DNA of 64,000 nucleotides from Lytechinus pictus (lineage: Eukaryota), in assembly GCF_037042905.1 (NCBI RefSeq), contig NC_087251.1, positions 13,890,001 to 13,954,000 of the forward strand. The letters run 5' to 3'. This document shows positions 14,641-28,305 of the stretch, piece after piece. Position numbers and translations under genes: made by a program. The notes under the pieces were generated by a model that saw nothing but the letters and a program-made list of their open reading frames with translations, was not told where the DNA came from and ran no database searches. Position 1 is the stretch's first letter; the number at the start of each line of letters is the position of its first letter.

Positions 14641-14771
14641 CGCGAAGGAACGCCATTTACGGAAGCGACGCCACTCGGATCGAACTGACCAAACATCTGT
14701 TCGGGGACTTACTCTCGTAGCTATCAGCACTTAACTTTCACTTAACTTGAAATATCACTTGAATACCAAAA

Positions 14772-15105
14772 ATGGCCCAAGTAGCACCACAAGCACAACC
14801 TGCAGGAGCACCACCTGCTTATCCTCCTCCTGAACAGGCTCCACCACCACAGCCAGGTTATGGATATCCTACTCCTCAACAGGCTCCACCACCTCAGCCA
14901 GGTTATGGATATCCTCCTCCACCTCAGAATAACAACATGATGATGAACAACACCGTGGTCGTTGCCGCACCCGCCCCAGCCCCATCTAACAACGTCGTCA
15001 TCATCAACCAGAAGAAGGATAACTGCTGCAGACAAGCCATCCCCGCCCTCCACATCGCCGCTGCCGTCATCTGTCTCATATTCAACATTTTCTTCCCCGG
15101 CATCG
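14772..15105 (+). CDS. SPEC3: SPEC3 (gene A) coding exon 1: Pro/Gly/Tyr-rich N-terminus and start of the Spec3/stum hydrophobic domain
   Basis: aaaATGG start; MAQVAPQAQPAGAPPAYPP...NNNMMMNNTVVV...KKDNCCRQAIPALHIAAAVICLIFNIFFPGI matches recalled sea urchin SPEC3; donor G|GTAAG, phase 1. Confidence 0.93.
14835..14924 (+). repeat. Two 45-nt coding tandem repeats (QAPPPQPGYGYPxPx) in SPEC3 exon 1
   Basis: Near-identical units at 14835-14879 and 14880-14924. Confidence 0.9.
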
Positions 15106-16016
15106 GTAAGTTTTTAAATCTTCAGAATACTTTTAACTCTACTCCTAGATTCGTCTTCATTTCACAACTCTTATTAACTTATTAAATACTATAAAGAAGA
15201 CGAAGAAGAAGAAGAAGAAAGAGGAGAAGAGAAAGAAGAAGGAAAAAAGAAAAGTAAATGGTGAGGGCGAAGGAAAAAAAATTGAAGACGAAAAAAACAT
15301 ACATGTAGCGTGTATTTAAAAATAATAATATTAGAATGATGGAAAGTCGAAAAGTTAAAACTAAAAACTCTAACTCGTAAAAGTTCAGCTCCCACTAACG
15401 ATGAATATTTAGTTCAAAATTGCTTTAATTTACCCTTAAAAAGCAACCGAGTTCTGCTCAAGTCAACGTCGACATTGATTCTTACACATTCACGCAATAA
15501 TAAAATTATACCTAGCGAGTGACTTTACTTTACACCAAGAAAAGTTCGAATCCATGCCATAAATAATTTATGATTGTCTGAAGATTTTGATTTGAGTTTT
15601 ATTAAAATTTCTCCATTCAATAATCACGATCATTGATATCAGTATGGAATCTTGAACAGTTTATCTTAACATTTAATGGGAAAAAACGTTTATGGTAAAC
15701 ACCTATGTAAATTTATTCCTATGCAATAACAGCGTTATAAAATAATTCAAACGAAAGTGTTTTTTATCTTGGAATGAATGTAAATTAATGTAAATTTTTC
15801 ATTATCTCGCTGTTTGTAAGAAATTACCAATACGATATATCATCGTGCAAAGATAAATGCGACCACTGGTAGACTGCTGTTTTCGGTACCACGTGATACC
15901 ACAGGAATTCGTTCTATCGCCATTCATGAATAGGATATATGTGGTTTTGTTAGAAAGTACGATCTTAATGAATAGATGTACCGAAGCGATACGAGAAGAA
16001 ACGGAGTTTACTCCGG

Positions 16017-16029
16017 GTTACATAGCAAC
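16017..16029. promoter_or_regulatory. RFX X-box-like motif in SPEC3 intron 1
   Basis: GTTACATAGCAAC, with a second half-site TAGCAAC at 16064-16070, inside a CpG-containing stretch (about 15860-16250). Confidence 0.4.
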
Positions 16030-16529
16030 AAGGAATCGCGAAGTCAACAAGATCGATATTGGGTAGCAACCAGTCAATCTATTTATATTATGTGCTCCGT
16101 ATTCTATAGAATTGACCTTCTCAACGAGCATAATGCACCAATACACCAGCGCGATTGAATAGGCGTAAAGCAAAACTCTTGCGTCACGGTCTCCATCGAG
16201 GTGTTACATAACTTTATCCTTCCCGCGGTGAGAGTGCACAGTAGCACCAAACAGAATACCACATTAATTACCCAAGTAATATCCCCTCCCCAGGTTCTAT
16301 TATCATTTTATTATTTTAATAAGCAAGTTTGGCTTTATTTGTGAGGTTTTATTTAATGTTTCTACTTGCAATCATAAATTATATGCACACCAAAATACAT
16401 GCATTCTCATTCCCGAGGTATCTTTACTTTAGAGAATGAAAATGCACTCCACTCCCCTCTCCATTTTATTCCCCGTGATTTTTCCAGTTGTTAATGATTT
16501 TTCTTTCTCTTGTCATCGTACTTCTCCAG

Positions 16530-16712
16530 GTACGATAATCGCTGGTTTTGCTGTATTCTGCTGTGGTAACCCTGGACAGGATGAAGGAAGCAAAGTCGGA
16601 ACCATGTGCATCAACTTCTGGGTAGGGTTACTTCAAATTGGAACCGTCTGGTTTTTCTTCCTTGGTTGGATCTGGTCCATCATGTGGGGTGCTGCTTTCA
16701 TCGGCATGTCAG
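16530..16712 (+). CDS. SPEC3: SPEC3 (gene A) coding exon 2: membrane core
   Basis: Acceptor cttctccAG; (G)TIIAGFAVFCCGNPGQDEGSKVGTMCINFWVGLLQIGTVWFFFLGWIWSIMWGAAFIGMS; donor G|GTAAG; 183 nt, phase 1-1. Confidence 0.93.
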
Positions 16713-17150
16713 GTAAGTTAAAATCATTTATCATTATCATTGTTACATAAGGCTCATAATTAGTACCAGTTATTGTCGATATGCCAAATCTAAAGTAATT
16801 AGAAAAATATATCTTTCGTACTATAAGTAATGTTATCATAATCAGAACTTTCCGATGTATTTCCTGTTCCATTTACTGATAAGTTTGCTTTGACATTTAC
16901 ATATATTCTATTTTTTTGGGCGATACATTAATTATTTCAGGCTTCGAATAAACCAATCTTATTTACCAATAGAATGCAGTCAATTCACGACTGTCATGGT
17001 GCAAGGATTATATTGCGTCTGAAACGTATTTTTTTTTCTCGTTTGCTATCTCTCATATAAGCCATTAGTACATGAATATTTGTTTTGTCTGTCGGCATTA
17101 AAAATGAGAAATCTAATGTGATGTATATATATTTTATCTCCGTGTTACAG

Positions 17151-17224
17151 CTGACTACCACTCTGGCGGAGATACAACAATCGTAGCTACCGGTGGAGGC
17201 GGAACCACGGTCATCAACAACTAA
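17151..17224 (+). CDS. SPEC3: SPEC3 (gene A) coding exon 3
   Basis: Acceptor gtgttacAG; (A)DYHSGGDTTIVATGGGGTTVINN*; the joined CDS is 591 nt = 196 aa. Confidence 0.9.
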
Positions 17225-18175
17225 ACTCCTCCTCCGAGAATAGGCAATAACGAACATTGTGTCTTAAAATGTTGATCCTGCACCAACGAGATCTTCAACT
17301 TGGACATTAAACTGCACTTAGATATTTCGATGCTATCGATATAAACTCATGTACAGCAAAGGCGTGTCCCATGAATTTCATGCATGTTTAGATCTTGATT
17401 ACGGAAAATTCAACGAGACACCTAAGATCTGCACCTTCCCCCAAACACCAGAAACTCGTGTGTGATGCTGAATTTCCGCGAAATTCGAGATTATAGTATT
17501 TATGATAGGAATTGTTTTTTGAGAATTTCGCGAAGGTTCGACTTCTACCCTCAAAAATGGTTGCATTAGGTGACATAATGCGATTTTGCTGAGATTTCTG
17601 GTTTAAAAGTAAAGCTAATAAATTCAAGAGTTGTCAGAGTATTGAGCTGAAAGCGATATTATATAAATCGAAAACATTCCATACTTTTTGTCATAGGGTA
17701 TTTATGGTATTCCTTTAATTGATCTCTACACAAATCCGAATATAGAATAAATCTCAGTTATTCCTTTGATTATGCTCACATGATTGGATGAGGCTGGATA
17801 ATTTCGCTCATTTTTTTGTGTAAATCTTGTAAATATTCAGGTTTTATTGGGTGGTGTATTTTTACCAAAACATGATGACACTGAGTTTGGTATAGTCACG
17901 CAATTCTGTTTCACCTTGATATTTCTATGTGGCTGTGGAATGTTACCTAACAACTAAACCGATTTTGAAGAAATGTGTTTTTATATCGTGTACCAGTTAA
18001 TTTTATTGTTTAATCAAGATATGCCGTCCAGTCTATAATGTTTATTGTCGTTAAGAACAGTCCGAATGGTACAGCAAGATTGGCTGACAGGGATTTTTTT
18101 GTAATTCTCACACGTCTTTCATTGTATAGTTATGGCGAATAATGTTTTATATGTAAATATCAATCATATGTTGAA

Positions 18176-18181
18176 AATAAA
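18176..18181 (+). terminator. Candidate SPEC3 polyadenylation signal AATAAA
   Basis: About 950 nt after the stop, followed by a U/GU-rich tract; alternatives at about 17746 and about 18213. Confidence 0.4.
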
Positions 18182-18960
18182 AAGATTATCTCTTTGTATT
18201 TCTGTCGTGTGAAATAAAGGTGTTTAAATTCATCGACCGGTTTATAAGACCCAAGTATATGAAAGGAGCTTCAACCATGATTGGAGGCTATTATGTTTAC
18301 GTGATAGGGGTATAGATGGTGGCGGTGGGAAGGAATAAAAAGTATATGAAAATATGATGAGAAGAGGAAGAGAGAGAGAAAAATGGAGGGAAGGGGGTGT
18401 GGGGGGGGGGGGGTGTGGATGTGTGTGAAAGAGAGGGGGATATAATGTATTAGCGAGGAATAAACATTGACAATATTATCAGATTAATAGAGTGAGCAAG
18501 ATAAGTGAAGAGGAAGAGAGCGATATGAAAACAATGAGAGCGAAGGTTAGAAAAAAAGATATTGATTATGAAAAGAAATTCTAGTGAATTGGTAATAAAT
18601 TCATGGAGAAAAGATCCAGCTGCAACGGATGTTGCTATAAGAAATCGCATGAATGCCATTTTTGAAACTTCATTACATTTCGTGAAAAAATGCCTACACA
18701 GGGAAGGGGGACAGTGGTAGAATTTTGGCTGGTTTTCGATTCCTATTCATCACGTTTCCTTATATTTTTGAGAATTTGCGTATTTATTGCTCTACATGCA
18801 CAATTACAGAGTGACGTATGTTACGTCACACTTTCGCTTGGTATTTACACGGGGGGGGGGGTCGATATTTGCATTCGTTTGTGCGTAAAGTCAATGGGGA
18901 CTCGAATATAAATTAGAGAAATTGTTTTCAAAGTATATTTTCATTCGATTCTTTCATTAA

Positions 18961-19770
18961 AGGACAATTCCACCCCAACAAAAAGTTGATTTGAATAAAA
19001 AGAAAAATCTAACAAGAATAACCATGATAACGCTGAAATTTCATCAAAATCGGATGTGAAATAAGAAAGTTATGACATTTTAAAGTTTCGCTTAATTTCA
19101 CAAAACAGTTATACGCACATCCTGGTCGGTATGCAAATGAGAAGACTGATGACGTCATCCACTCACGAGGGCCGCGGAACGGTTTTCAAAGTGGGGGGGG
19201 GGGGGCTGAGCCAAAAGTGGGGGGCTGACCATGCAAAAAATCACAATCCTATGGTAATTTTTACGTTTTTGTACACGGTTTTGAAAAAAAGAAGTGGAGG
19301 GGGGGGGGGGGGAGGGCGCGACTGAAGCCCCCAGCCCCCCCCCGTTTCCGAGGCCCCTGACTTACCATTTCATTTGTATTTTATTTTATAAAATATGAAA
19401 TATTCTAATTTTCTCCTCATTGTCAAGTGAAACAACGATTGATTCCTCCCTGAACATGTGGAATTAGCATTGTTTAATACTGTATGATTCAGTCAAGTTG
19501 GTCCTTATTGTCAACTCTGTAAAAATGAAATATTGTATAATTCAAACAATAAAAAAACAAAAGAAATAGTGAATGAGTGACATCTTCGACTCTCTCAGCA
19601 TTTGAATGTCACTGAGTTGTGCATATCACTGTTTTGTGAAAAATAAGCAAAATTTTTAAATGTCATAACTTTCTTATTTTACATCGGATTTTGATGAAAT
19701 TTTCAGCGTTTTGCAAGTTAGATTTTTCTCTATTTATTCAAACCTACATTTTCTTGGGTGGACTTGACCT
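18961..19770. mobile_element. Kolobok/T2-type MITE family 1, with a nested small MITE at about 19166-19359
   Basis: TTAA|AGGACAA...TTGACCT|TTAA; the insert (GGGCCGCGGAA...TTCCGAGGCCCCTG) is the same family as 39775-39929. Confidence 0.8.
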
Positions 19771-21384
19771 TTAAATATCTCGGGGACCAGGTTGACGGGG
19801 GCCAGGTTGACACCCTGTTCATACTCTCTAAATTCCTTTGATTGAAACAGATTGTGATCAGGGACAGATGCAAAGTTGGATTGAAGTTTTCAATCTAATA
19901 AATTTAGAATTCAATCTTATTCGATTGGAACTTACGATCCAATTTTAGATTGGCCCCTGATTGACTTTCAATCTGCGGAATTTAGAGAATACGCCGATAA
20001 TAGACCAGAAACAAATATTCATTTCTGATCTCGCAGTACTCTAAACAAATTTAATTTTTACGATAAGGTTGAAAAGTATACAGTTTCCCCCGGATTTTGA
20101 CAATTTTTATACCTTAGAAAAAAATTACATGCTTTGTGCTCGAACATGCAGCTGCCCACCTTGTAATGACAGTGACCCCGGGGTCAATTATTCGTGAATA
20201 CAAATAGCTCCTCTGGACCATAAAACAATGAAATATATATAAGGCTGAAACCAACAACAACAAAAATATGAAATATTGCAAAGATAAAAACGCTTGTATA
20301 TTTTTAATTACCAATTTGCATAAATCAACGATAATGATGATAATAAATGCATTTAATTCGGTTACAACGATAACGATAATAAAGTGTATTTATGTTAGTA
20401 TGAGATTTGTTCATGTTTTCCCGTTCACCAAGTACAATTATAGTAAGAATGCTATAGTCAAACTAAAAAAAAAACCCTCCGATATCTATAATAATAAAGT
20501 ATATAACAATAAAAAATAGTGACAAACGAGAACAATTTGCACATAATCGATCTTGTTATGTGCTCAAGACGCTAGTCTATTATTTCAGATTTACTCTTGA
20601 CAAAATATTTCGGTGCTCACGGTTATGGAGGAATTTCTTCCTGACAAGATGAAATTATACCTGAAAAATCTTATCTTTACTGTTTGACAACCCACCCCGA
20701 TATTTACAGAAAATACATACATGACATTTTGGAAGTTCTTGTTAATTGAACGGTTTGATATTATTCAAAGAAAACGAAAGAAAGAAACTGAAGCATGATT
20801 TCAAATAGCTTTAATCATTAAAAACAAATCTTGAATGTTAATATTTACCTGAACATTTCGATTTATCGAGGATATGAAAGAGATGGACAAACGTTGTTGC
20901 TTCTGTCAATATATTTGAGAAAAGAAAACAGGAACAAGAGAGTGTAAAGGGCATATGTGTATACTTAACGTGTAACGCTGAATGAAATATATACCGTGTG
21001 AGTAAAAAGAAAAAACCTTGACATCTCACAAATCCACATTGAACATTATGAGCAATGTTTGTGATCATGAACAAGATAGGTATATAACTAAATAAATGAT
21101 ACGAGCACGAAGCGCGAGCGGTAAAAATTGACAGGTAAACCTAAAAATGAGACACTCTATTAATGTTTTGGAAATCATGAAAAGGATGGGTAATTGGGTA
21201 CCTTCCTATACATTAATAATGAGATCTGGATTCTGGGCATTATAATAGTCTTATTTTGATTTAGGACCCATCATATATGAAAATGATGACTTTCTTCCTA
21301 TTCCTCTTCCTAAGCTCGAGTAGTCCACGTCCTGGACGATTTTTATTGATTGGGCAAACCCTATCGGACCGTACCGATACTAGT

Positions 21385-21616
21385 CTAGTTCTAGACGATA
21401 TTAAACGAATTTGTTTTCACCGATATATACGTTCTATTCCGTGCGTACGCCCCGCCGAGTGTGCGCGCAAAACCGAGAACCTGTACTCCGAGAAAAATAT
21501 CTAGTTCTAGACGATATTAAACGAATTTGTTTTCACCGATATATACGTTCTATTCCGTGCGTACGCCCCGCCGAGTGTGCGCGCAAAACCGAGAACCTGT
21601 ACTCCGAGAAAAATAT
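21385..21616. repeat. Exact 116-bp tandem duplication inside the left TIR
   Basis: 21385-21500 equals 21501-21616. Confidence 0.92.
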
Positions 21617-22292
21617 CGTCTAGAACAGTTGCTCAGCGGTGACGTCAGAGGTCAAAGGTCAACGGACGAGTGCTCATGAATATGCATGAGTTACTTGTCA
21701 ATCTCGCTGCGCCGAACCGTTGTTTACGTTTTGCACTCGTTATTTGCATACATTGTGCACGTGGGATTGATGTAGTATATCTATGCAGGGACGTGAGCGT
21801 CCGTGATCTATGTGATGTAAATACATGTACATGTATCATACGACAGTTTGAGATAGTTCATTACTTTTAAGGCTACAAATAGAAATTTCACTGTTGGGAA
21901 ATTACTTACGTTACATGCATAATAGTTATTTCACTCTATGTGCATATATCTTGGTTAAATCTGTGGGTATGATGTTACCATCATGATATATGAAAGAAGG
22001 TGCTAATGTACACAAATTTCAAACTTCAAAACAATACAGACTATAGTTTTTCCACTTTACTCAGATGGAATAATTAATGTACATGTTTGAATGATATATT
22101 TTATATTCTTCTTCATCTACACATGTAATTACATAAAGGCATTTTGTCTTAGTATGGGTAATGAAAATTCAGACTCATACATGTAATTAAACTCTCATTC
22201 TTGTGAATGGATCACATCACGGTACATTTTACTGTGGGCACTTGTAAATATATCATTTTCAAAGTCTTCTTCACATATTTCACTGTCAAAGA

Positions 22293-24497
22293 CATGGGTG
22301 TCGATCACGGGGGGGGGGGGGGATGGGGGGATATATCCCCCCTAATATTTCAAGTGGGGGATGGCCTGTATTATCATCCCCCCCCCAATAATTTAGGGTA
22401 GAAAAATTATAATAATGATGATGAAAAATGAAAAAGTATGATCATGATAATTATAGTGATGATTATAGTATGCCATCAATCAGTTTGTTTCCGTCGCAAT
22501 GTGTGTATATTGTTATTAAATAAAAACATTATTTTCCAGGACTTTAAAACAGATGGGTGGAGGTTCAAGATGACAAAAATTTAAATGTTTATGTAAGTTT
22601 TAACACATGACATAAAAGGACCCCGACGAACTAAAAACAACTTTTGTTGATAGGGTGTTCTATCCCACCAGGTAGTGGTGAATAAATACATTTTAATAAA
22701 TCAATTAATTCAAAAGGGTGGAAAAATAAACGGGTGGAAAAATAAACGGGAGTAAAAGGGTGGCAAGATAAACAGGGAAAACCCCATGGACGTAAATCCC
22801 AGAGGGGTAAATTTTGAAAAAGTACAAATAACTTTTCTCAGATTTACCCCTCCCACATCCAAGTGCATGATGTTTGTTCCATTTAATCTACAACCCTTTT
22901 GAATATCACTTCCTTTTTGTTATGTAAAATAAGTAAATCGCCAGGGATCGCCGCTCATAAAAAGTTATTTGCAATGAGGTCTGACATGAGGCGAAAGATT
23001 TTCGGACATTATTGAGACTACCTGAAATAGATGTTGTTCTATTTCACCCTTTTTCTTATTCATTCCCAGAAAATTCAGAGAAAAAGAAAAATACCTTTGC
23101 GTTTCTATAGAGTATAGGCTTATCACTTCATTTATTTGCCTGGTTATACACACTTTACCGATGTATGTCATGTTAGTTATATATTAAGTTCGGCATTCAG
23201 TAAACCTTTGAACAAGAAAATATACCAAAAGCAAGATGTGCACAAAACGAAAGTCACCCCTACTTGTATATCCAAATACCTTGACTTGAACCATGGACCT
23301 AGTAGGTCCATGCTTGAACGATAACTTTTGGTCAATAATATTTTGCAGGAGAGCATCGATGTCCTCATTATCTATCTATGTGGAAATGAGGTGCCTATAG
23401 TCATGAAAGAGTGAGCCCACATCAAATGCAAAAAATTCACTTTAAAAAAGTCATAATATATAGTCGTTTGGTGATCAGTAGCTCATAATATATGGTGCCT
23501 TTGTTGTATGCGGTTGGATGTAATTGATATTAAAACATTTTATCATGTGACCCCATCAGATACCTCTCATGAAAATATTGAGGTTCAGTGAGCTCAATAT
23601 AATATGATCATATTTTTACAAATGTTTTAATAAGTGAAATCAATTGATGGTTTCAGAAAGAATAATCATTCATTCTCTCTAAAGCGGATATGAGGATATG
23701 AACATCGGATGTTTTTTTTTCATGTTATTCTTGTTATTGTTATGGACTTGAATAACTAAACTTGATTATTTTTTTCTTATTTTGGCAAAAAGAAATATCT
23801 TTTGAGTTTGGAAAAGGATGGCAGTTTTACATTCTATATGAGCACACTCATGCGGTACGTAAATTTCATTGTAACACATAATGTATATTAGCTGATATTA
23901 CACACTGATCATGCTGATGGTTCAAGAAAATGTTGGAGAAATATCATGACATGACAGTTGAGTTTTGATTGTTTTAATGTTTGTTTTTGTTTCATGCACT
24001 TATAAAGTATTTAAAACATGTTAAAATCCAGGGTTAAAATCGTCTAAGGAATGACGGTAAGCCCGATGGCACACGAGAAGCCACACAGTTTGTAATTTGT
24101 GCTAATCTTATATTTTTTGTCCGAATGTGCATTTTATCATCATGCATTAAGAAGAAAAAAGATATTGCCAGTCGGGTTAGATTTAAGAGAGAAGTTGTAT
24201 ACATTATGCTCAATAAACATATCACTTTGTACATGGTCCAGACATTTTTTGTCATTTTTCTTTCGTATGGGTTTATAATAAGCTTACTTGTAACACAAAT
24301 TGAATTTAAAAAAAAATTATATAAGTAAAGTACCCTGCAACAATTAAGCAATTTCCAAGAACACCATGCATATCAACCACTCTCAAATGTCCTAACTTGT
24401 GATTTTAGTGGGGGTAATGTTGAAAGATCCCCATCCACAAGAACATTTGTGTCAATCACCCCCCCCCCCCAACCAAGAATACCGATCGACACCCATG
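22293..24497. mobile_element. hAT-like element nested in the AcademH-type element
   Basis: TIRs CATGGGTGTCGATC / GATCGACACCCATG; degenerate 8-bp TSD GTCAAAGA / GGCAGAGA. Confidence 0.65.
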
Positions 24498-26495
24498 GGC
24501 AGAGAGTATGACAAAAAGGGTTGAGAAGTACATGTACTTTGTACAGATTAGTACAGAGCTGTGAAAGGGATAAGGAAAACAGAATAAAAATCATTATTGA
24601 TTTTTAAAAGTAGATTAATCTCACAAATGCGGATTTTGATGCGTGCATCAGATTTTGGAAGAAAATCTTTGCAATTGTCCTTGGAACTTTTAGTTTATTT
24701 ATTTACTTTACATGGACGTATAGATAATGCGTACAATTATTTTTTGTTGTTCAGCTACATTATTATCTAGCTACAGGTAGCCAGGAAATGATATTGCCAA
24801 TGATGTACACGAAGCCTCTTCGATAAAGACCCTGACCGGTGTAAAAACAATCATATATTAAAATAAAGGTAATGATTCTTCCAATAGTTAAAAATATTAA
24901 ATAAAAATCAAAGAAACTACTCCTCCAAAGTACGCTTCGATTGAGCACCCCCATGTCGCCTGGAAATGATGACGTCACGTTGTGTCAGGAGGGTTGTGAT
25001 TCTGTAGGTTTGTGTACAAAAGCATTGGGTATTTTCTTCCATTTCCATGTTATGAATCCATTTTTTTTTCGTTTTCAGATGAAAATGGCACTCAAAATTA
25101 TTCACTGTTCAAATTGTTGTAAACCTACAACTATTCACTACCTTTTTTGTGATTTCTTTGTTTGGCTCTTATTGGGCCTAAATTGCTATGTCAGGAAAAG
25201 TTATTATACATAATCTAAATGCAGATAGAATTGAAATTTGCGCCAAGTAAGCAGGAAATAAATATGGCAAAAACTAGTTCAAAACTGTAGATTTCATAAT
25301 TTCAAGCTTGTGGGTAAAAATATATGTGATATCCCTCTGTGATAGAAGTGAAGAGAATGAAATGCGTTATCTGGAAAGCAAAAAAATCACCCTGTTTTTC
25401 TGTGTACAAACCTATGGAATCACAACGCTTCTTACACAACGTGACGTCACGGTCTCGAGGCAGGTGAAAAGCACAATAAAGCCTATTTTCTAAGCGGGGT
25501 TCGAAGGCCGATAATTGGAATATTCTTAAGCAAATTACTCAGCTGGGAAGCGGTGAAAATTAATATAGCATACCTTGCTGTATTTAGTAGCTTATAAGCT
25601 TTCGATTGGTATATAATTTATCAATTTCATTTCGGGTCCGGTCTGGATCTATAAATAAACTTGAAGGCACATTTTCTCATTACCTTTGAAGTACAGTATT
25701 TATGAAATATATTTTTTGCAGCCATTATGAAAGAGCGTTATGTTCAGATCTACATGTACCTTGCCAGTTAATTAAATTGCTAGTAACTATTCGTTTGCAG
25801 TGTAACTTTTACATGTAGTTTGCATAGGCGGATCCAGCTTTTGGCGAAAGGGGGGGGGGGGCACCGCCGAGCGGCGCACATATTTTTGCACCATAAAAGA
25901 AAATGTTGAAAAAGGGGTAAAGTCTGACCCTGTCAAATGCTCTTTTCAAAATGTAGGATTTCCAGTCATGCCATTTTGCATGACCACACGCAGATAATAT
26001 TTCCGGGGGGGGGGGGGGGGCAAAACTCGAACATATTTTTGAAAAATAAAAATAAAAACGATAGAGTAAACGGACCGAGCTGCTCATGCGGCGATTATTT
26101 TTTTTATAAAGTGTAATAAAAGTATTTGGTACACATCTCACATTTGCACATTTTTCATAGTTTTCATGAAATGTTAAGGGAAAAAATGTGTTTTCACAAC
26201 AACTGATCGGGAATTTGCCCCCCCCTTCCCCCTTGCTGCGTACGACCATTCCCTGAAATCCACTTAAACATATATCATTACAACATAAAATATACATGAA
26301 TTTAGACATATAATCTTTCTTAGACATATATAGAGAGAGATTGAAAAACTTATTAAAGAAAGAAACAAGCAAAAAGTAACACAAATTATGCATGTTATGT
26401 GCGATTTCAAAATCTCGTGTCCCAACCCTTTTATTGCGATGAGGCCAATACTTGTGTATATTAATTGAGATGCAATTTTTTTTACTATATATACA

Positions 26496-26599
26496 CAGGG
26501 GCGTCGATCCTTTTTTTCACATTGGGGGGGGGGGCAAAATCATAAATCAACTTTCCAACGGCGCTCGATCACACAAAACAAACAAACTCACACACACTC

Positions 26600-26647
<48 letters not shown>

Positions 26648-27505
26648 CTGAAATTTTTTAGTAAACTGACCTGAAAATAGGAAAAAGGTGCCTTTTAAAG
26701 ACTGTTTGTAGTAACTCATGAGGAGAATACATATCTCACTACACAGATAATGCGAGTGCCGAGGGCGAGCTGAAATTTCTTTATATTCTGACCAGAAAGC
26801 TTGATATCCTCTGCATTTTGGTACCTATGATTAAGATGGGTATCTAAAAAAGACAAAACATGCGAGCGCAAAGCGCGAGCTTAAAATTTCGATCTGAAAA
26901 AAAAATGACAGTTTAATGGACGTTTTTAATAAAGAACAAGATTATATCCAACAAAAGATTATTGCAAATCGAAGCGGGACTTCTTTTGAGGTTTAGAACT
27001 GAGAACGGGACATTCTATTCACCTATTTAATCATGAAAAGTATGGGGTTTTGCTACAGAAATGGTGCGAGCGCGAAGCGCGTGCTGAAAATTTTTGTATT
27101 CCAATCTGAAAAGCGGACAATTTGAGCACGATTTTAAACAAAGAACGAGTCGTGTAGCTCAATATCGCTTGCTGATTTCTGTGTAACATTACCATCTTAT
27201 TTTATTTTTGTACATGCGGAATTATTGGAGGAGGAGGGGGGGGGGCAAAACGATATGTTTGCCCCCCCCCCCAATTATTTCTATTGGTGGGGCGAAGGAC
27301 TATCTTGGCCCCCTGACGAGCTTGAAAAAAAAGCCTTTTTTGCCCCCTGACGAGCTTGAAGACCTTTTTTTTGTTTTGCTTGTCAATTTTTTTTCCAGGT
27401 ACGAAGTCCTTTATTTGTGATTGAAGACTTTTTTTTTGCTTGTCAATTTTTTTGGCGGACGGTTTTGCCCCCCCCCCCCTGTGGAAAATTCCAGGTACGC
27501 CACTG
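26496..27505. mobile_element. hAT-like non-autonomous element with internal (TA)n
   Basis: CAGGGGCGT...ACGCCACTG ends; GCGAGCGCGAAGCGCG motifs; right part homologous to about 54975-55334. Confidence 0.55.
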
Positions 27506-27729
27506 TTTAAAGTGCTATACTGTACGTACAAATATGACCGACTTGTGAGTTTTGTTTTGGTCATGGTTCTTTAGGATTTTTTTGTTCCAGAGAGAGTTTA
27601 CTCAGTCAACTTCAATAAATGCAAAAGGGAGACAATTACTGTATTCTTGTTCTACTGCAAATTCCAATTATTGTTTGGTCAGCCATATTATGAAAGAACA
27701 GTACATTTCAGATCAAACTTGCCAGTTAA

Positions 27730-28305
27730 AGGACAAGTCCACCCCAACAAACTGACTTGAATAGATAAAGAAAAATCAAACAAACATAACTCTGAAAATT
27801 GGATGTAAAATAAGAAAGTTATAACAATTTCAAGTTTCGCTTAATTTTTCAAAACAGTTATATGCACATCTTAGTCAGCATGCAAATGAGGGGACCGATG
27901 ACATCATTCACTTACTATTTCTTTTGTATTTTATTTTATGAAATATTTTGATTTTCTCGTCATTGTCTGTTAAAAAAGTTTCATTCCTCCCTGAACACAT
28001 GTAATTCCATTATTCTAACATTTTGTGGTTCGAGCAAAGGGGCACTAATATTATCGAATTCGTAAAAATTGAAATATTGTATTATTCAAACAAAAACAAA
28101 AGAAATAGTGAGTGAGTGACATCATCGTCTCTCTCATTTGCATATCACCGAGTTGAGTATAGAACTGTTTTGTGAAAAATAAGCCAAATTTTAAAATGTC
28201 ATAACTCTCTTATTTTACATCCGGTTTTGATGAAATTTTCACCATTATTCATGTTTGATTTGTCTCTATTTATTCAAATCATTTTTTCTGGGGTGGACTT
28301 GACCT
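27730..28305. mobile_element. Kolobok/T2-type MITE family 1
   Basis: TTAA|AGGACAAGTCCACCCC...GGGGTGGACTTGACCT|TTAA. Confidence 0.8.

Noticed and set aside
21277..21623. Two ORFs with identical peptides; repeat resembling a CRISPR or gene duplication
   Set aside because: Caused by the 116-bp duplication in a transposon TIR; no spacers, eukaryotic context.
22930..23390. Exon-like minus-strand pieces (e.g. IDNEDIDALLQNIIDQKLSFK) inside the nested hAT-like element
   Set aside because: Plausible splice signals but no recognisable protein or consistent frame chain.
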